Source of the DNA: Phoronis australis
Taxonomy: Eukaryota; Animalia; Phoronida
DNA length: 64,000 bases
Direction: 5' to 3'
NCBI GenBank assembly: GCA_002633005.1
Contig: NMRA01000187.1
Coordinates: 15,979 to 79,978, forward strand
Shown here in pieces: positions 12,364 to 24,540 of the stretch (position 1 is its first letter; every line of letters starts with the position of its first letter). A program made the position numbers and the translations under genes. Under the pieces are notes generated by a model. It was not told the DNA's origin, ran no database searches, and saw only the letters and a list, made by a program, of their open reading frames with translations.

Positions 12364-12531
12364 ATCTTATTGTGGCCAAAAACTGATTTAATTTTTTACA
12401 AGTGTTGCATTTTATATCTGAACCTATTAAATTATGGGTGGAGAAATAAATTAGAAAAATATGGGCAGTGGGTAAAAAATATAAGTGCCTTCCCCCCTCC
12501 CATACACCTTTTGCTGGAACAGCCCTGGGTT

Positions 12532-14032
12532 CAAGGCTTGGAATTTTCCGCGGAAACACGGATTTCCGCTTTTTCCTCTTACTCCTTCCGCGCATTTTTG
12601 TTATATTTCGGCGTAAAAAAGCGGATTTGCCATAAAATTTCCGCTTTAAATTGGTTTCTAACCGCGGTGTTGCCGACGACTCGAAAAGCGGAAACTGCTC
12701 TTTATTTTTTGAGAAACGAAAATCGTAATTGCCGGGGCACCTGGGATAGCGTGGTTCATCAAGGGCATCTGCATACAGTATAAATCGCGGTGACAAATAG
12801 TGCGATTCTGCGGCCAAAAATGCATGGAGCTCGGAGTGGACAATATTTGGTGGAAGAAATGGTCAACGTGTTCTCAAACGATAAAGGTCTGGATTTGTGC
12901 TCTGTAAACGTTGACTGACAATTACGGGTGCGTAGCCAAATCGCGGAGGACCTGAAAATGTTGAAACACAAGAAAGAAAAACGCATTCTGATAGGAAATT
13001 CAACTGTAACCGGTAATTCGTTGGTTTGGAATCATGGAACCTGAGTGATGTTTGAAATTCCTTTGTTTAATCCCACATGCAAGCCCGTGCCAGCAGTTGG
13101 CAAGTCGCTAGGCTCGAGTCCAATCTACTGCGTGCCGCTGAAACGGGATACAAAGTGCTATTTTTGTTACTGCAACTGTGTTTTTAAATTGCCGTTGATG
13201 TATTCCAGTAATAATATTTCGACATTTTTCATGGTTTATTTTTATTTAAACGTGTAGTTTTGACCAACTCGAGTTTTGCAGTTCAAGAGGGAAGTGGTCA
13301 TGTGGTAGCTAGGTTCTGAATGATCTGATTGGTCTAAGCCATTGTTTACAAATTCTGCCTGCCTATTTTCAGTGTCCTGATAGAACTTCATTTCTTATGT
13401 CACATAGTTTGTTCTACACCAGTGTGGCTTATCAACAATTATCTTCTGTAAATACTGTTTTAAACTGAAAATTTTGGCCTACTTAGAAGTGTGATAGATG
13501 TTTTCTATAGTATGTTGCTTTTTACTTTTATTTTTCCATGCTAATATTTGGGGTATTAGCCACAGGTTTTCGTCGTGACTTTTTCCATTGCGTTGGAATA
13601 CATTCTTTGTTGGAATTAAATGTGTCCGTATTTCAGGCTTCCAGATAATCTCTGGGTCGATTTTCAATTTTTTGAAATAATTTTCTATTGTAATTATAAG
13701 AACTTAAAATAATGAAAATAATTTTATAGGTCTCCCTGCAGCAAATCAAGAATAACCTTGTCACTCACACTGCAAATTTTGCATCACTATCTTTATTATT
13801 TATAATTTAAAAAAATATCCTTTTTGCATCTAATTGCCTTCATTGTTGTTGCTGAAATAGATATCAGGTACTGCTTAAAATGAGTGCGTTTTGCCAACAC
13901 AACACAGTTACAGGGCATCTTGTGTTAAATAGCTTACTTTCGATCTGTTGAGGTATGCTTGCTTAGATTGCTGTGTGTATTTGGGGCAGTAAAAATTTTC
14001 CTCTTTTTTGTCATGGGTCATTCCAAGTCCTG
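12532..14032 (+). mobile_element. 1.5-kb non-autonomous element of the CAGGGCTTGGAA family, 6-bp TSD
   Basis: caaggcttggaattttccgcgg...ggtcattccaagtcctg flanked by tgggtt/tgggtt. Ends are homologous to 2866-3232. Confidence 0.8.
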
Positions 14033-14190
14033 TGGGTTACTGAGTGTGATTAGACGACAAATGGCGACCACTTATTAACCACTAGCTGTTAGTGCTAAAG
14101 TCTTCATTTACTGATTTTTTTCAAAGTAATTGTTACTTTTCACCCAAATTCCAGAGTGATGTGCTATTCAGGTGTTGTTTTATTTTCCAG

Positions 14191-14254
14191 AATGCAGGTT
14201 TTGATTGTGCGGTATTCTGCCCAAACCAAACAAAGCTGGTGACTGCAAACGACG
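14191..14254 (+). CDS. FPGS: FPGS penultimate exon
   Basis: ttttccag/AATGCAGGT...GACG/gtcagt. Encodes NAGFDCAVFCPNQTKLVTAND (cf. FDYAVFCPN). Phase 0 to 1. Confidence 0.92.
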
Positions 14255-14874
14255 GTCAGTAATTAGCTTAAAAGTGTTCAGTATTGTTGGCCAATCAGAG
14301 TGCTAAGAAATGACTTGCTGAAGTCAACATATACATCAACACAATCAGGCTTGGATAACTCTTGGATAAATCTTGGATAACTCTTGTAAAGCTATTGTCA
14401 TCTGTGTTGATCATAATTAGGATTAGTCAACATAAAAGCCGTTATTGGTCAAACATGGAAAATTGTCACGGATTGCGCTGAAAAGTCGATGCAAGGTTAT
14501 TTTTCTTGGCATGATCTCAAGAACAAAATGTACAGTCAGTTTTTGCCAAACTCAGAAATCATTAATTTTGTATAAATTGAAACGAGATGAACCTACTTGT
14601 ATAACAAAATGTTGGTTCTTTGACAGAAACTAAGAACGCTGTTGCGTTATTGAAGCACCACTCAATCATGACTATGTTGTAACCAATGACAACGCTCAGT
14701 ACACAATCATGTCTATGTTTTAATCAATGACAACGCTGAGTACATAATCATGCCTATGTTGTAATCAAGTTGGATTGTGGGAAATGGAAGAAATAAGAGT
14801 TATCCGATATTTAGAATTACAGTAAAGTATGACTTGTAGTTTGAAGGGTCTTGATGCCTTGTGTACTGTTGTAG

Positions 14875-15407
14875 ATCTCCTCAATGCCAGTGTCTCCAAG
14901 GAGACGGTCCTTGCGAGTTGTTTACAGAACAGGAATGCCTGGAACCAGTTGCAGATTGAATGCAGTGATGGCCATTCAGCTGAAGGCTCACATGTCAACT
15001 GTACAATTGGTGTTGATGACAACAGGAACTATGAACTTACTGGTGACTTATGTCAGCCGTCCAATGGTTGGAAATCTGATCATACAATAGTCTCTGCTCA
15101 AAGTGATCCTGTGATTGGCTGTTCTCAGCCAGAGCTAGAGCCTTCCAGGTTACATAGCCAAAATGGTAGTTGTAATTCGGAACAGCTGGTTAGTCCAGCT
15201 GTGTTGTTCCCATGTGTCACACAGGCCCTTCAATGGGTCACACAGGGGAGGGACAAGTGTATCCCACCCCCCATGGTATCCCTCCCAGCTACACCACGCC
15301 AATTGGTGGAAGCAGATCACATTCAAATATTGATCACAGGAAGTCTACATCTAGTTGGTGGTGTCCTTAAAATTATTGATCCACACTTGAAAGGTGAACG
15401 ACCCTAG
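14875..15407 (+). CDS. FPGS: FPGS last coding exon
   Basis: gttgtag/ATCTCC. Encodes DLLNASVSKETVLASCLQNRNAW...VLFPCVTQALQW...HIQILITGSLHLVGGVLKII, the conserved C-terminal TGSLHLVG motif. TAG stop. Confidence 0.93.
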
Positions 15408-15503
15408 TCTAACGGAATTATTGATCCACACTTGAAAGGTGAACGACCCTAGTCTAACGGAATTATTGATCCACACTTGAAAGGTGAACGACCCTGGTCT
15501 AAC
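15371..15503 (+). repeat. 45-bp tandem triplication spanning the FPGS stop codon
   Basis: aattattgatccacacttgaaaggtgaacgaccct(a/g)gtctaac at 15371, 15416 and 15461. Confidence 0.95.
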
Positions 15504-15957
15504 AGAAATCTTTCACGAAAAAATAATATTTTTGTAACAACAGTTGACGTGTCTACAATTTCAAAATAATAGAGGATATCTTTCTAATGATCAAGGAAAA
15601 TAATTGTGAGATGTTTTTGTCTTACATACTAGTAATACCTCGCATTTAGATTATCTGTCTACATATCTTTGCTGTTCTCTCCAAGTGTCCACTTCTCTAT
15701 GTCTCCATGTCTCTTCCTGTGCATAGTGCATTCCACTTGATAATATGCAGTTTGGTTTCTTATTTAATTTCACATAAGAGCCTTGATTTTCCACATATCT
15801 AGAGAATGATGGACAAATGTCAAACTATGAGGACACGTGGACATCTAGTAGTACATTGTCACCAGTCAGACTAGCTGTCCTCAACACCAACAGTTTGCAT
15901 AACTTAACGTGGCTGTATACTTACTCACTTTGGGTTATCATTGTATTATGTGTTGGA

Positions 15958-15963
15958 AATAAA
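15958..15963 (+). terminator. Candidate FPGS polyadenylation signal
   Basis: AATAAA ~550 bp after the stop; a second AATAAA at ~16005. Confidence 0.35.
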
Positions 15964-16494
15964 GTGTACTCTCTGGTTTATCATTACAAAACTCATGACC
16001 ACATAATAAACTCCTTGTCTTTATAGTAGATATATGGTGATGCAAACTAGAATAATTTGGTTATCCTGTGACATGATTGTACCCAATATCAACGTGAATA
16101 ACACCCCTAGTAACAAACGCGAGGTGATACAGACTTGTCTGTGGCTTTACTTGGCTTGTCTGTCACTTTACTTGGCTTGCTCTTATTAATTGAAGTTGAT
16201 GAAACCTGCATTTCTGACATGATTTAGAAACAATCCAAAGTAATCGTCCTAATATGAGAAAGCGTTTATTGTAAACAAATGAGCAAGCTCACTTGTGGTC
16301 ATGTGACTTGGAGTTCATGGATGGTTTACAATTACATTCAGTTTACACACCCTAGGTCTTTCCCACTCTTCCCTCCAAAGATATAAATTTATGGCGATAT
16401 TTTTGTAAACTGTATAATCATGTAGGACATGTGTCATTGCTGGTTTGTACAGTCTTGGATTTATAAATATAATATGTTGAGACAATCTAATTGC

Positions 16495-16707
16495 TCAATC
16501 TCAATCCAACTGCACCATATCAATAATTCAAGTGCACCATCTCAATAATAGAATTGCAACATCTCAATAATCCTATTCCACCATCTCAATAATCCTATTC
16601 CACCATCTCAATAATCCAGTTGCACCATCTCAATAATTCAACTGCGCCATCTCAATAATCCAATTCCACCATCTCAATAATCCAACTGCGCCATCTCAAT
16701 AATCCAA
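16495..16707. repeat. 22-bp minisatellite running into the assembly gap
   Basis: Unit caccatctcaataatccaattc. Confidence 0.9.
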
Positions 16708-17361
16708 NNNNNNNNNNNNNNNNNNNNNNNNNNNNNNNNNNNNNNNNNNNNNNNNNNNNNNNNNNNNNNNNNNNNNNNNNNNNNNNNNNNNNNNNNNNNN
16801 NNNNNNNNNNNNNNNNNNNNNNNNNNNNNNNNNNNNNNNNNNNNNNNNNNNNNNNNNNNNNNNNNNNNNNNNNNNNNNNNNNNNNNNNNNNNNNNNNNNN
16901 NNNNNNNNNNNNNNNNNNNNNNNNNNNNNNNNNNNNNNNNNNNNNNNNNNNNNNNNNNNNNNNNNNNNNNNNNNNNNNNNNNNNNNNNNNNNNNNNNNNN
17001 NNNNNNNNNNNNNNNNNNNNNNNNNNNNNNNNNNNNNNNNNNNNNNNNNNNNNNNNNNNNNNNNNNNNNNNNNNNNNNNNNNNNNNNNNNNNNNNNNNNN
17101 NNNNNNNNNNNNNNNNNNNNNNNNNNNNNNNNNNNNNNNNNNNNNNNNNNNNNNNNNNNNNNNNNNNNNNNNNNNNNNNNNNNNNNNNNNNNNNNNNNNN
17201 NNNNNNNNNNNNNNNNNNNNNNNNNNNNNNNNNNNNNNNNNNNNNNNNNNNNNNNNNNNNNNNNNNNNNNNNNNNNNNNNNNNNNNNNNNNNNNNNNNNN
17301 NNNNNNNNNNNNNNNNNNNNNNNNNNNNNNNNNNNNNNNNNNNNNNNNNNNNNNNNNNNNN
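16708..17361. other. Assembly gap (N run)
   Basis: Contiguous Ns. Confidence 1.
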
Positions 17362-18728
17362 CCTATACCGACACCCGTTTCGTGGAGTTTTTAACATAAA
17401 TGAAACAGTACTACGTGTAGTACACGTAACCTAAATAAGCAGTTCTCTGTCTATCAATCAGCAGACATTTTACTGTCGCGTTTTCTGGCATTAAGAAAAT
17501 TCCACCGACGAGCCTGTTCCCATTAGTCGGTAAATATAGGATTACAACAAATAAAAATTTGCTGTCAATGAAGAAAAGTCTTCTTTAGTAAATTATTGCC
17601 ACAACAGTGCAGAACCTCGCAGACTTCAAACGAAAAACTTGATGGAAGAGTTCACCAAGGTTACAAAGGCCCTACTCCGAAGGTTCATTACAAGACTATG
17701 TCATTTATCAGGAAATTGAGGAAAACATGGAGCCGTAGAGTCATCGTCGTGTATACCGTACTTCTATGCTGCCGATCGAGTTTTAAAGCGGCGAGTGCGC
17801 TACGGAAAAATGGCGGACGTTTGCGAAATATGATCAACAGGTCCAGCGTTTTAGAAATTCGAATCACCCTAAGTGCAATGGTGTCTACAACCCTGCATTC
17901 GGAGTTGTTATGGAGTTGGAAAAGGTCAGCAAACACTGAAGCATTTTCCCGAGACGTTGATGGTTACGGTCTTATTGCTGGTAGTGGATATGGGAAACTT
18001 TTATTGTGGATGTCGGGCATGAGCTGTCTTACTACATCTCTTGTAGCCGCGTCTGACTACAGGGATAAGTTAAAAGCCGTTTGCATAATACACTTTATTA
18101 TTTAGTTGGAAGCGATGAAAAGTGTCCGAACAAGCGTTGAAAAGGAGAAACCGAAAAGCAGTTGTCTGTAATGAAGAAAAACTCACAGAGTACTCGGTAA
18201 GCAAGCGTAATTAACAAGCACTATATACCAAGAGCGTTAGAAAAACTCGCGACAATGACTCTATGACAGGCAAATACTACATGTACCTCGCTAATACACA
18301 ATTAACTGGAACCCGTACTATCTATTCTACAACTGGAAACCATTACCATGCACAAACAACTGCCTAACTGCGACCCGTAACTACTTATTCTATGAACCGG
18401 GTACCGCGCAACATATAAGCCAAACAAGCAGCTGAATGAAACTATACGTAAACCACAAGCGTCCTCAGCTTCTGATCGTCCCCAATACACTACATATAAC
18501 ACTACAAGGTATGAGACTCCCGACTAGAAATTCCACGGGTGCTTCACTTCAGCCGTCCATAGCTAGCAAATATAAAACTCAATAAATTTACACAAAACAG
18601 AGGTTCAACAAACCACGAAGAATTGTTATTTCTCCCAATGCCATTCACGGTGTCCTGTTACGGCGACTTCGTAAGACATTCGCAGTCAAAGAACAAAAAT
18701 GTTCACAAGAAGCCCCCACACACTTTCA

Positions 18729-18891
18729 TCGTGGGCCGCTCGAGGTCAAGGACGGTACGGAAATTGCTGGTGAGTTACGGAAGTACTCAATAGTTTTTCT
18801 ACTGGCGGCTAAGTGTAGAGTTATCGACATCGTGACTTTACGTGACAAACCGGCAATTTCCGTACCGTCCTTGACCTCGAGCGGCCCACTA
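18729..18891. mobile_element. Short MITE with ~40-bp TIRs, Academ-like termini
   Basis: (tc)gtgggccgctcgaggtcaaggacggtacggaaattgc ... gcaatttccgtaccgtccttgacctcgagcggcccacta. Confidence 0.7.
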
Positions 18892-18932
18892 TTAAACAGT
18901 TGTACTTAAATTGTGCCCACTCTTCATTATTA

Positions 18933-19577
18933 TGTAACGGGGGCGGTATCTACGACCAAGGCGCCCCGATTTTACGAGCCCGGTGCGGACTGAGGGTGAT
19001 ATTGAAAACTAAAAGTTGGTGAATAATACATAGGTTTATTGCCAGAATATATAACTACAATATTTCACACTTACAAGCAATCCAGTTGTTCCATGATTTA
19101 GTATCGCAGCGTTGTGATTTATACAGCTCTGATACACGGGCAAGCCAGTCGCTGATTAATAGTTGTGTGTGCAAGAACGGGGCAATTTGGTTACTCAGAT
19201 CCGAAAGGTGAGATGCAATCAAGCTCGGGAGGAGCCCGAGAATTGCATGGGGCTAAACTATTGGCAACCAAGTTCGGGAGGAGCCCGAAAGCAGCCCAAA
19301 CAGTTGCAATTTGGTGTGAGTGAAGGTGTACATGTTTGCTTCTTGAACTCTGCGACTGGACTCCTCGTGTCTGACAGAGACAAAGCTTAAGTACTCAATT
19401 TCAACCAATCAGACACGATCTGAAGGGCAAGGCCCATAGCTCCTAGCTTCTGACCATATTTGGCCATGTCCAAAGGACTCAGCATCATAGGAAAATTCCA
19501 TACGTAATACACTGCTTGACCACTAGAGGGCGCGTATATCTTACTTACATAATCATGTTCAGGGCACTCCTGTTACA
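18933..19577 (-). mobile_element. Solo LTR (645 bp)
   Basis: TGTAAC...GTTACA termini with a 4-bp TSD atta/atta. AATAAA on the minus strand at ~19035. Confidence 0.75.
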
Positions 19578-20204
19578 ATTATGACTGACAAAAGCTAGAA
19601 TATTTATGCAGTCGGTGGAACCGTAATTGCAAGAGATTCCTAATCTTCAGTTTGACTATAACCAAATTTGAGCTTTTTTATAATTTATGATTGAGTTCTG
19701 AAAGGGATTAAATTAAAAGTAATGACGCGTTTAATATTGTTCACTGTGAATCATTAAGCGTAGCTAATATTTAAAGTTCAGAGCGGGATTCATAATTAAT
19801 TAAACTAAATTAAGTTTCGCTGGCCATCAAAATCTACCATTGTTTTGGTACATATACTTCAAGTTAAAAAAATAACATAAAAAGATATTAACCCGTTCTC
19901 GGTAAGAAAAAACAAGTGGGCAGGGGTATTGAAAACGAAACAACTAAAACCAGTATGAAACATTTAAAACCTTCGTTTGTTTTGGAAGTGGCACTTGGTC
20001 TGTTTAGCCATTTTGTAATATTTGAAATGTAACTGTAGGAACAACAACGCTAATGGAACCGGAACTCAATATATTTATCTCTAAGTCTAAAGAGCTGTAA
20101 TACTACATCTCCTCCCAAGATAGTTTAAGAATATGTGTAAACGCTTTAAGCAATAAATGTCTTGAACTATGTTAATGTCTTAATCACTAAGCGCTGAAAA
20201 TTAA

Positions 20205-21518
20205 TCAAATGTTCAGAGGTTCAGGCGATCCACTGGTTTTATAACCCGTTGAGAACGTCGTAGTTGTTGGGTCTGTGGGGTGTCTTACGGTAGGTGGGGT
20301 TGATGCCGGGTTTGAAAATGGTTTGGGGGTCGTCTCTTTTGGTATAAAATTCTCTGGTGAGGCATTTTTCATATTTCCGGTATGAATCAACGCTGACCGG
20401 TTACGGCGAATTGTAGCACCGAACTCTGTGACGACAAGGTAAGATCTCGGGTTTGTCGAACTCTCTTTCACTTCACCGTGTTTGTCTTGATCGCGCACCC
20501 AGACTTGGTCTCCAACACCTAATACTGGTAGGGACATAGTTCGGTGTCTGTGGTCGAAGTTTGCTTTGTTCTTTGAGTTAAGCCGAGTTTCTTTCGCCCT
20601 TACGGACTGATCATCGATAGAATTGTGAAGAAGTGCTTTAGGCATGATCGGCAAAGTTGTTCGGAGCCGTCGGGACATGAGTAGTTGACTCGGAGACTTT
20701 CCATTGTGAATAGGCGTCGATCTGTATGCCAGGAAACCTAGGTGAGGATCAGTATTCTTTTTCAATATGTTCTTTGCAGTTTGGACTGCGCGCTCGGCTT
20801 CTCCGTTGCACTGAGGGTAGAGAGGTGAGGATGTAACATGAACGAAGCCGTAGTCTTTGGCAAACATGTCAAAGCTTTCACAAGCATACTGGGGGCCATT
20901 GTCGGATATAACAATGTCTGGTATTCCATGTGTACTGAATATTGACTTGAGTGCTTCAATCGTGTGTTGCGCAGTTGTCTGGCTAAGTCTTCGAACTTCG
21001 ATCCATCTGGAGAAGTAGTCTACCACAAGGACGTAGTGTTGTTTGTTCAGTTCGAACAAGTCGGTTCCAATTCGTTCCCAGGGTCGGGAAGGAAAAGATG
21101 AAGGCAACAAGGGCTCCTTCGTCTCTGGTCTGTGAAGAGCACAGGTTAGGCACTGTTTACACATTGCCTCAATCTGTGTACTGATGCGTGGCCACCAAAC
21201 AGATTCCATGGCTCTTGCTCGGCACTTCGTTATCCCTAGATGACCTTGGTGGATTTGGTTTAGCACCTCCAACTGCATCGACTGGGGAATAACAATACGG
21301 TCGTTGTACATCAGTAGTCCATCTATGATGGTGAGATGTTGCTTTTTCTCGTAGTAAGGTTTCAGTAGCGTATCTGCAGAGAAAGCAGGCCAACCATTTT
21401 GGCAGTACTTGATGACTTCACCACATGTTGCATCGCTACGTTGTGCTTCTTTGATCTGATTCAGACGACCTTGTGTTGCAGGTAAGTATTTAACTGTATA
21501 CTCAGCTAGTTTATGCAA
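20205..21518 (-). CDS. Gypsy/Ty3 Pol C-terminal part: integrase (5'-truncated)
   Basis: HHCC zinc finger (HQGHLG...CKQCLTC) and D,D35E core (IGTDLF, SDNGPQY, GEAER). The ORF is open, but gag, protease and RT are missing. Confidence 0.92.
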   Translation of the reverse strand: MHKLAEYTVKYLPATQGRLNQIKEAQRSDATCGEVIKYCQNGWPAFSADTLLKPYYEKKQHLTIIDGLLMYNDRIVIPQSMQLEVLNQIHQGHLGITKCRARAMESVWWPRISTQIEAMCKQCLTCALHRPETKEPLLPSSFPSRPWERIGTDLFELNKQHYVLVVDYFSRWIEVRRLSQTTAQHTIEALKSIFSTHGIPDIVISDNGPQYACESFDMFAKDYGFVHVTSSPLYPQCNGEAERAVQTAKNILKKNTDPHLGFLAYRSTPIHNGKSPSQLLMSRRLRTTLPIMPKALLHNSIDDQSVRAKETRLNSKNKANFDHRHRTMSLPVLGVGDQVWVRDQDKHGEVKESSTNPRSYLVVTEFGATIRRNRSALIHTGNMKNASPENFIPKETTPKPFSNPASTPPTVRHPTDPTTTTFSTGYKTSGSPEPLNI

Positions 21519-21993
21519 TAAAATTCTAAGTTAAGGGCTAAAATGAGCCGTCAGTGGAATAAAGTTACAAATAATCATTAAAATACTAACTTTAACATTC
21601 TCAATTAGTTGAGTTTTGGATTAGAGTTATTGAATTTGAAATATAGGTTGCTTGCTCAAACTTGAAGTTTCACCTACGTCAGGCGTACAAGTTGAAGCAC
21701 AACAGAAATCCGCCATGTTTACTATTTCAGGTCCTTGAATTCAGAGTTTTGAGATTGTTTTGGAAATTCCATCGCCAAATCACCACTCACGAAGACAGTT
21801 AATGGGATCTAGGAAAGATAAGGCTTCGAAGGTTTATGCAACACCAGACTGAGGGAGGTGCACGCAGATTTTATTTGGATTTTGGACGGTTGAAGTTGGG
21901 AGTCTCGGCTTTGCAAAGTTTAAGTGTCCAACCTTTATGTTTTCTTATATATATATATTGTGACGTCATTTGCGATAAACCCAAGCGCCTGTG
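21508..21993 (-). mobile_element. One end of the CACAGGCGCTTG TIR element
   Basis: Reverse-complement match to 28424-~28905; the TIR abuts the Gypsy 5' LTR. Confidence 0.85.
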
Positions 21994-22249
21994 GTAGGAA
22001 CAACAACGCTAATGGAACCGGAACTCAATATATTTATCTCTAAGTCTAAAGAGCTATAATACTACAGTAACAAGTTAAATCTCTCTCCACAGTTACACGT
22101 TGTGTAATGACAGAGAGAACCAATGTAATTACAACCTCCATTGTTGAGATTGCAGTGTTAACTATTACTTTGCTCATATCCATACCAATACTAAGGGCGT
22201 GCATCATGAAAGTTGCCTTGGCTAAGGGAATCTGAGCAGCGACCAGTGT

Positions 22250-22430
22250 AAGTGAGAACTTCTCCACCTGGCGGCGCCTGAAAAAATCGACTGCCAGCAG
22301 ACTTTGCAGGACATCTGCCACAACAAACGGGCAGTCCCTAACCTTCCACCTCCAAAGGAACACGTCGATTACCTCAGCCTTGAGGCCCCGACGGTGGTAA
22401 TTGACCTTTGTATATTCTTGATTCACTACT
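22250..22430 (-). pseudogene. Degenerate retroelement aspartic protease-like fragment
   Basis: CPFVVADVLQSLLAVDFF resembles the FxVADVxxPLLGADFL motif of Gypsy proteases. Confidence 0.4.
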
Positions 22431-23699
22431 GGTAGTCACAGGGAAGCCCCACGAATTTGCGGTCCTTCGGGTATTAGACTCCCGCGAAGTACACCAGAGA
22501 AAGGAGTGTTGCATCGGCTATAAAGGTGACCCATGGGCCCTCGACCGTTACCGTCGATCCGTACCGCCGGCAGGTTCTTGTACCTCGGTTCTTCTGCGTG
22601 TTATATCTCATGTAGTAGTGCCATAAGTATCATATGTATGGGCAGCGAAAAGGTTCAAAATATACACCAGTGCCAAATAAACAAGTGGTTTGACAAACAG
22701 ACAAGTGGTTTGCTATCCAGACAACGGTGAATCGTCAAATAAACAGGTCAAGAATGCTATGGTTTTCCAAACAGACAAGTCAACTTTGCAGATTTTGCCG
22801 GATAAACAAGTGCCTACTGTTGAACAAACAAGTAAGTTGGCAAATGATTGAGTAGGTTACCAAACAGACAAGTAACCTTGTAGGCTCAACTTGTCGAACA
22901 GACAAGTCATATGTTAAACGAACAAGACAAACACGGCAAACCAACAGAGGGCGCCACTTGAAAACGAATGACGTCACGGAGTCTCAATCTGACTGATCCC
23001 CAAACCTGCATTATGTTATTGTTATTTCCCTTGGGATGGGATAAAGCTGGTGAGGCTTTGCTGCGCATTTACTAGGTAAGCCAACTGCTTTGCGCCACTG
23101 GACGCTTTGTAGCTGAAAGGTAAGATCATGACTATTTCTGCTTTATTCTCTAGAATTTGCATTGCAATCAATAAAATAGAGTAAAACAACTGCTGAATTG
23201 TTAAGAAGCAACACCTTTCATATTTTGTTTTTTGTTTTGGCAGACATCAACCTGAGTCAGATAATACAGTTTGTGTTCATTTTGTGAGATTAAATGATAA
23301 ATGATAAGGGGTATCTGTTTTACAGTCGTATTTAGCCATCTTGTCGAACTTAAGTTTTCCATTCCTAACCTCAGACCAACAAGTGAGGTCAACGGTTGTG
23401 TTATATTGGAGGTAGCGCAATATACTTCAAGTTCTGCATGCGCCGCAATCCCCGAGCTTCCGTCTCAGAGTCAGGTCCGGGGTTTTGTACAAGGCCGGTT
23501 CATGGTAACCCCTGAACTTATAGATACGTAAATGTATGCATGCGTTTATGTTAAATTTGAATGTAGATATTTATGCGTGTATGTATTCATGTATATGTAT
23601 ATGTATTCAGGCTTTTGAAAATGAAAGAATATAGCCGTTACTTGCCTTCGTGTTAAATTGTATTTCAGAAAATAGCCTTTGCTATGCAATTCAGAGTTG

Positions 23700-24540
23700 A
23701 ATACCAGTTATACAACGAATGAAGACGCTAGTGTGTCCGACCATTTTGTGATGGAATTAATTAAGGCTATCAGAGAAAAACTTTGGAACACCCGGCCAGT
23801 AGCCGAATCCACGGAAACCGGATGATGAGACCGAATAGTATCTTTTACATCATTGTTTCATGGAGACCATTCAGTGTGCGCTGCCCTGATTCGCTGATTC
23901 TTGGAACAGTTACAGCATTCGAACGGAAAACAATAAATCTCCAACTCAACTGTTTATGAGTGGTCTGCATAGAATGAGATAAGTCAACTACCTGATTCCA
24001 AATGAGTACTTCGAAACGTTCTGAGGTGAGAGTAAAAGCCTTCGTGACCTATATTTTTAATTGTTGCAGATGTGCTCAGAATTATTCGCTCTGTAGCTAA
24101 ACGAGTGGCTTCATTTGGTTTTTTCGTTCACTACATAATAGTGCAACAACTTTATTTGTCTTTGGCATTTTAGACAACACAAATTCCTTGCAGACATCTT
24201 TCACGGTGTCAGTATGCCAGCAATGGTGTCGTATCTACGTTTGCACTTTAATACTTTTTACATAAATGAACGCTTACGACTAACGATGAACCATGTGCGT
24301 CAGCTTAACAAACACTGTGACTGTTGTTTTTGGTACGTCCCATGAATTTTGCTTTAGTGAGTTTGATTTGGTCACTTTATTTCTTGACAGGCTGGAGTCT
24401 CAGAATTTGATATCGACGCTACTACACCGCCTGCGCCACACAATAATGAAGAAGGTGTAGTTGTACAGAGTATTCAAAGTCCCCTAACGGAAGAACAGAT
24501 GGTGTTGTTGAATGACCAGATAGAAGCCATTCAACTAAGG
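23700..24540 (+). pseudogene. Integrase-core (IS3EU-type) transposase C-terminal remnant, intron-containing
   Basis: From 23821: DDETE*YLLHHCFMETIQCALP*FADSWNSYSIRTENNKSPTQLFMSG (LHxxF...WNxHxIRTExNxSPxQL motif). Further exon after gacag at 24390: AGVSEFDIDATTP...VVVQSIQSPLTEEQMVLL. In-frame stops present. Confidence 0.6.

Larger units (their letters stand above)
20034..22066 (-). mobile_element. Internally deleted Gypsy LTR retrotransposon with 74-bp LTRs
   Basis: LTRs at 20034-20107 and 21994-22066 (TGTAG...CTACA). Polypurine tract gggaggaga next to the 3' LTR. 5-bp TSD gtaac/gtaac. Integrase ORF inside. Confidence 0.9.

Noticed and set aside
16696-17397. 233-aa ORF
   Set aside because: Almost entirely Ns.
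17596-18105. 169-aa ORF near an AAAATGGCGG (YY1-like) motif
   Set aside because: Non-ATG start, no recognisable motif and no splice support.
18461-18485. cctcagcttctgatcgtccccaa shared with ~27358
   Set aside because: A short shared fragment, most likely from a dispersed repeat; no further structure could be established.
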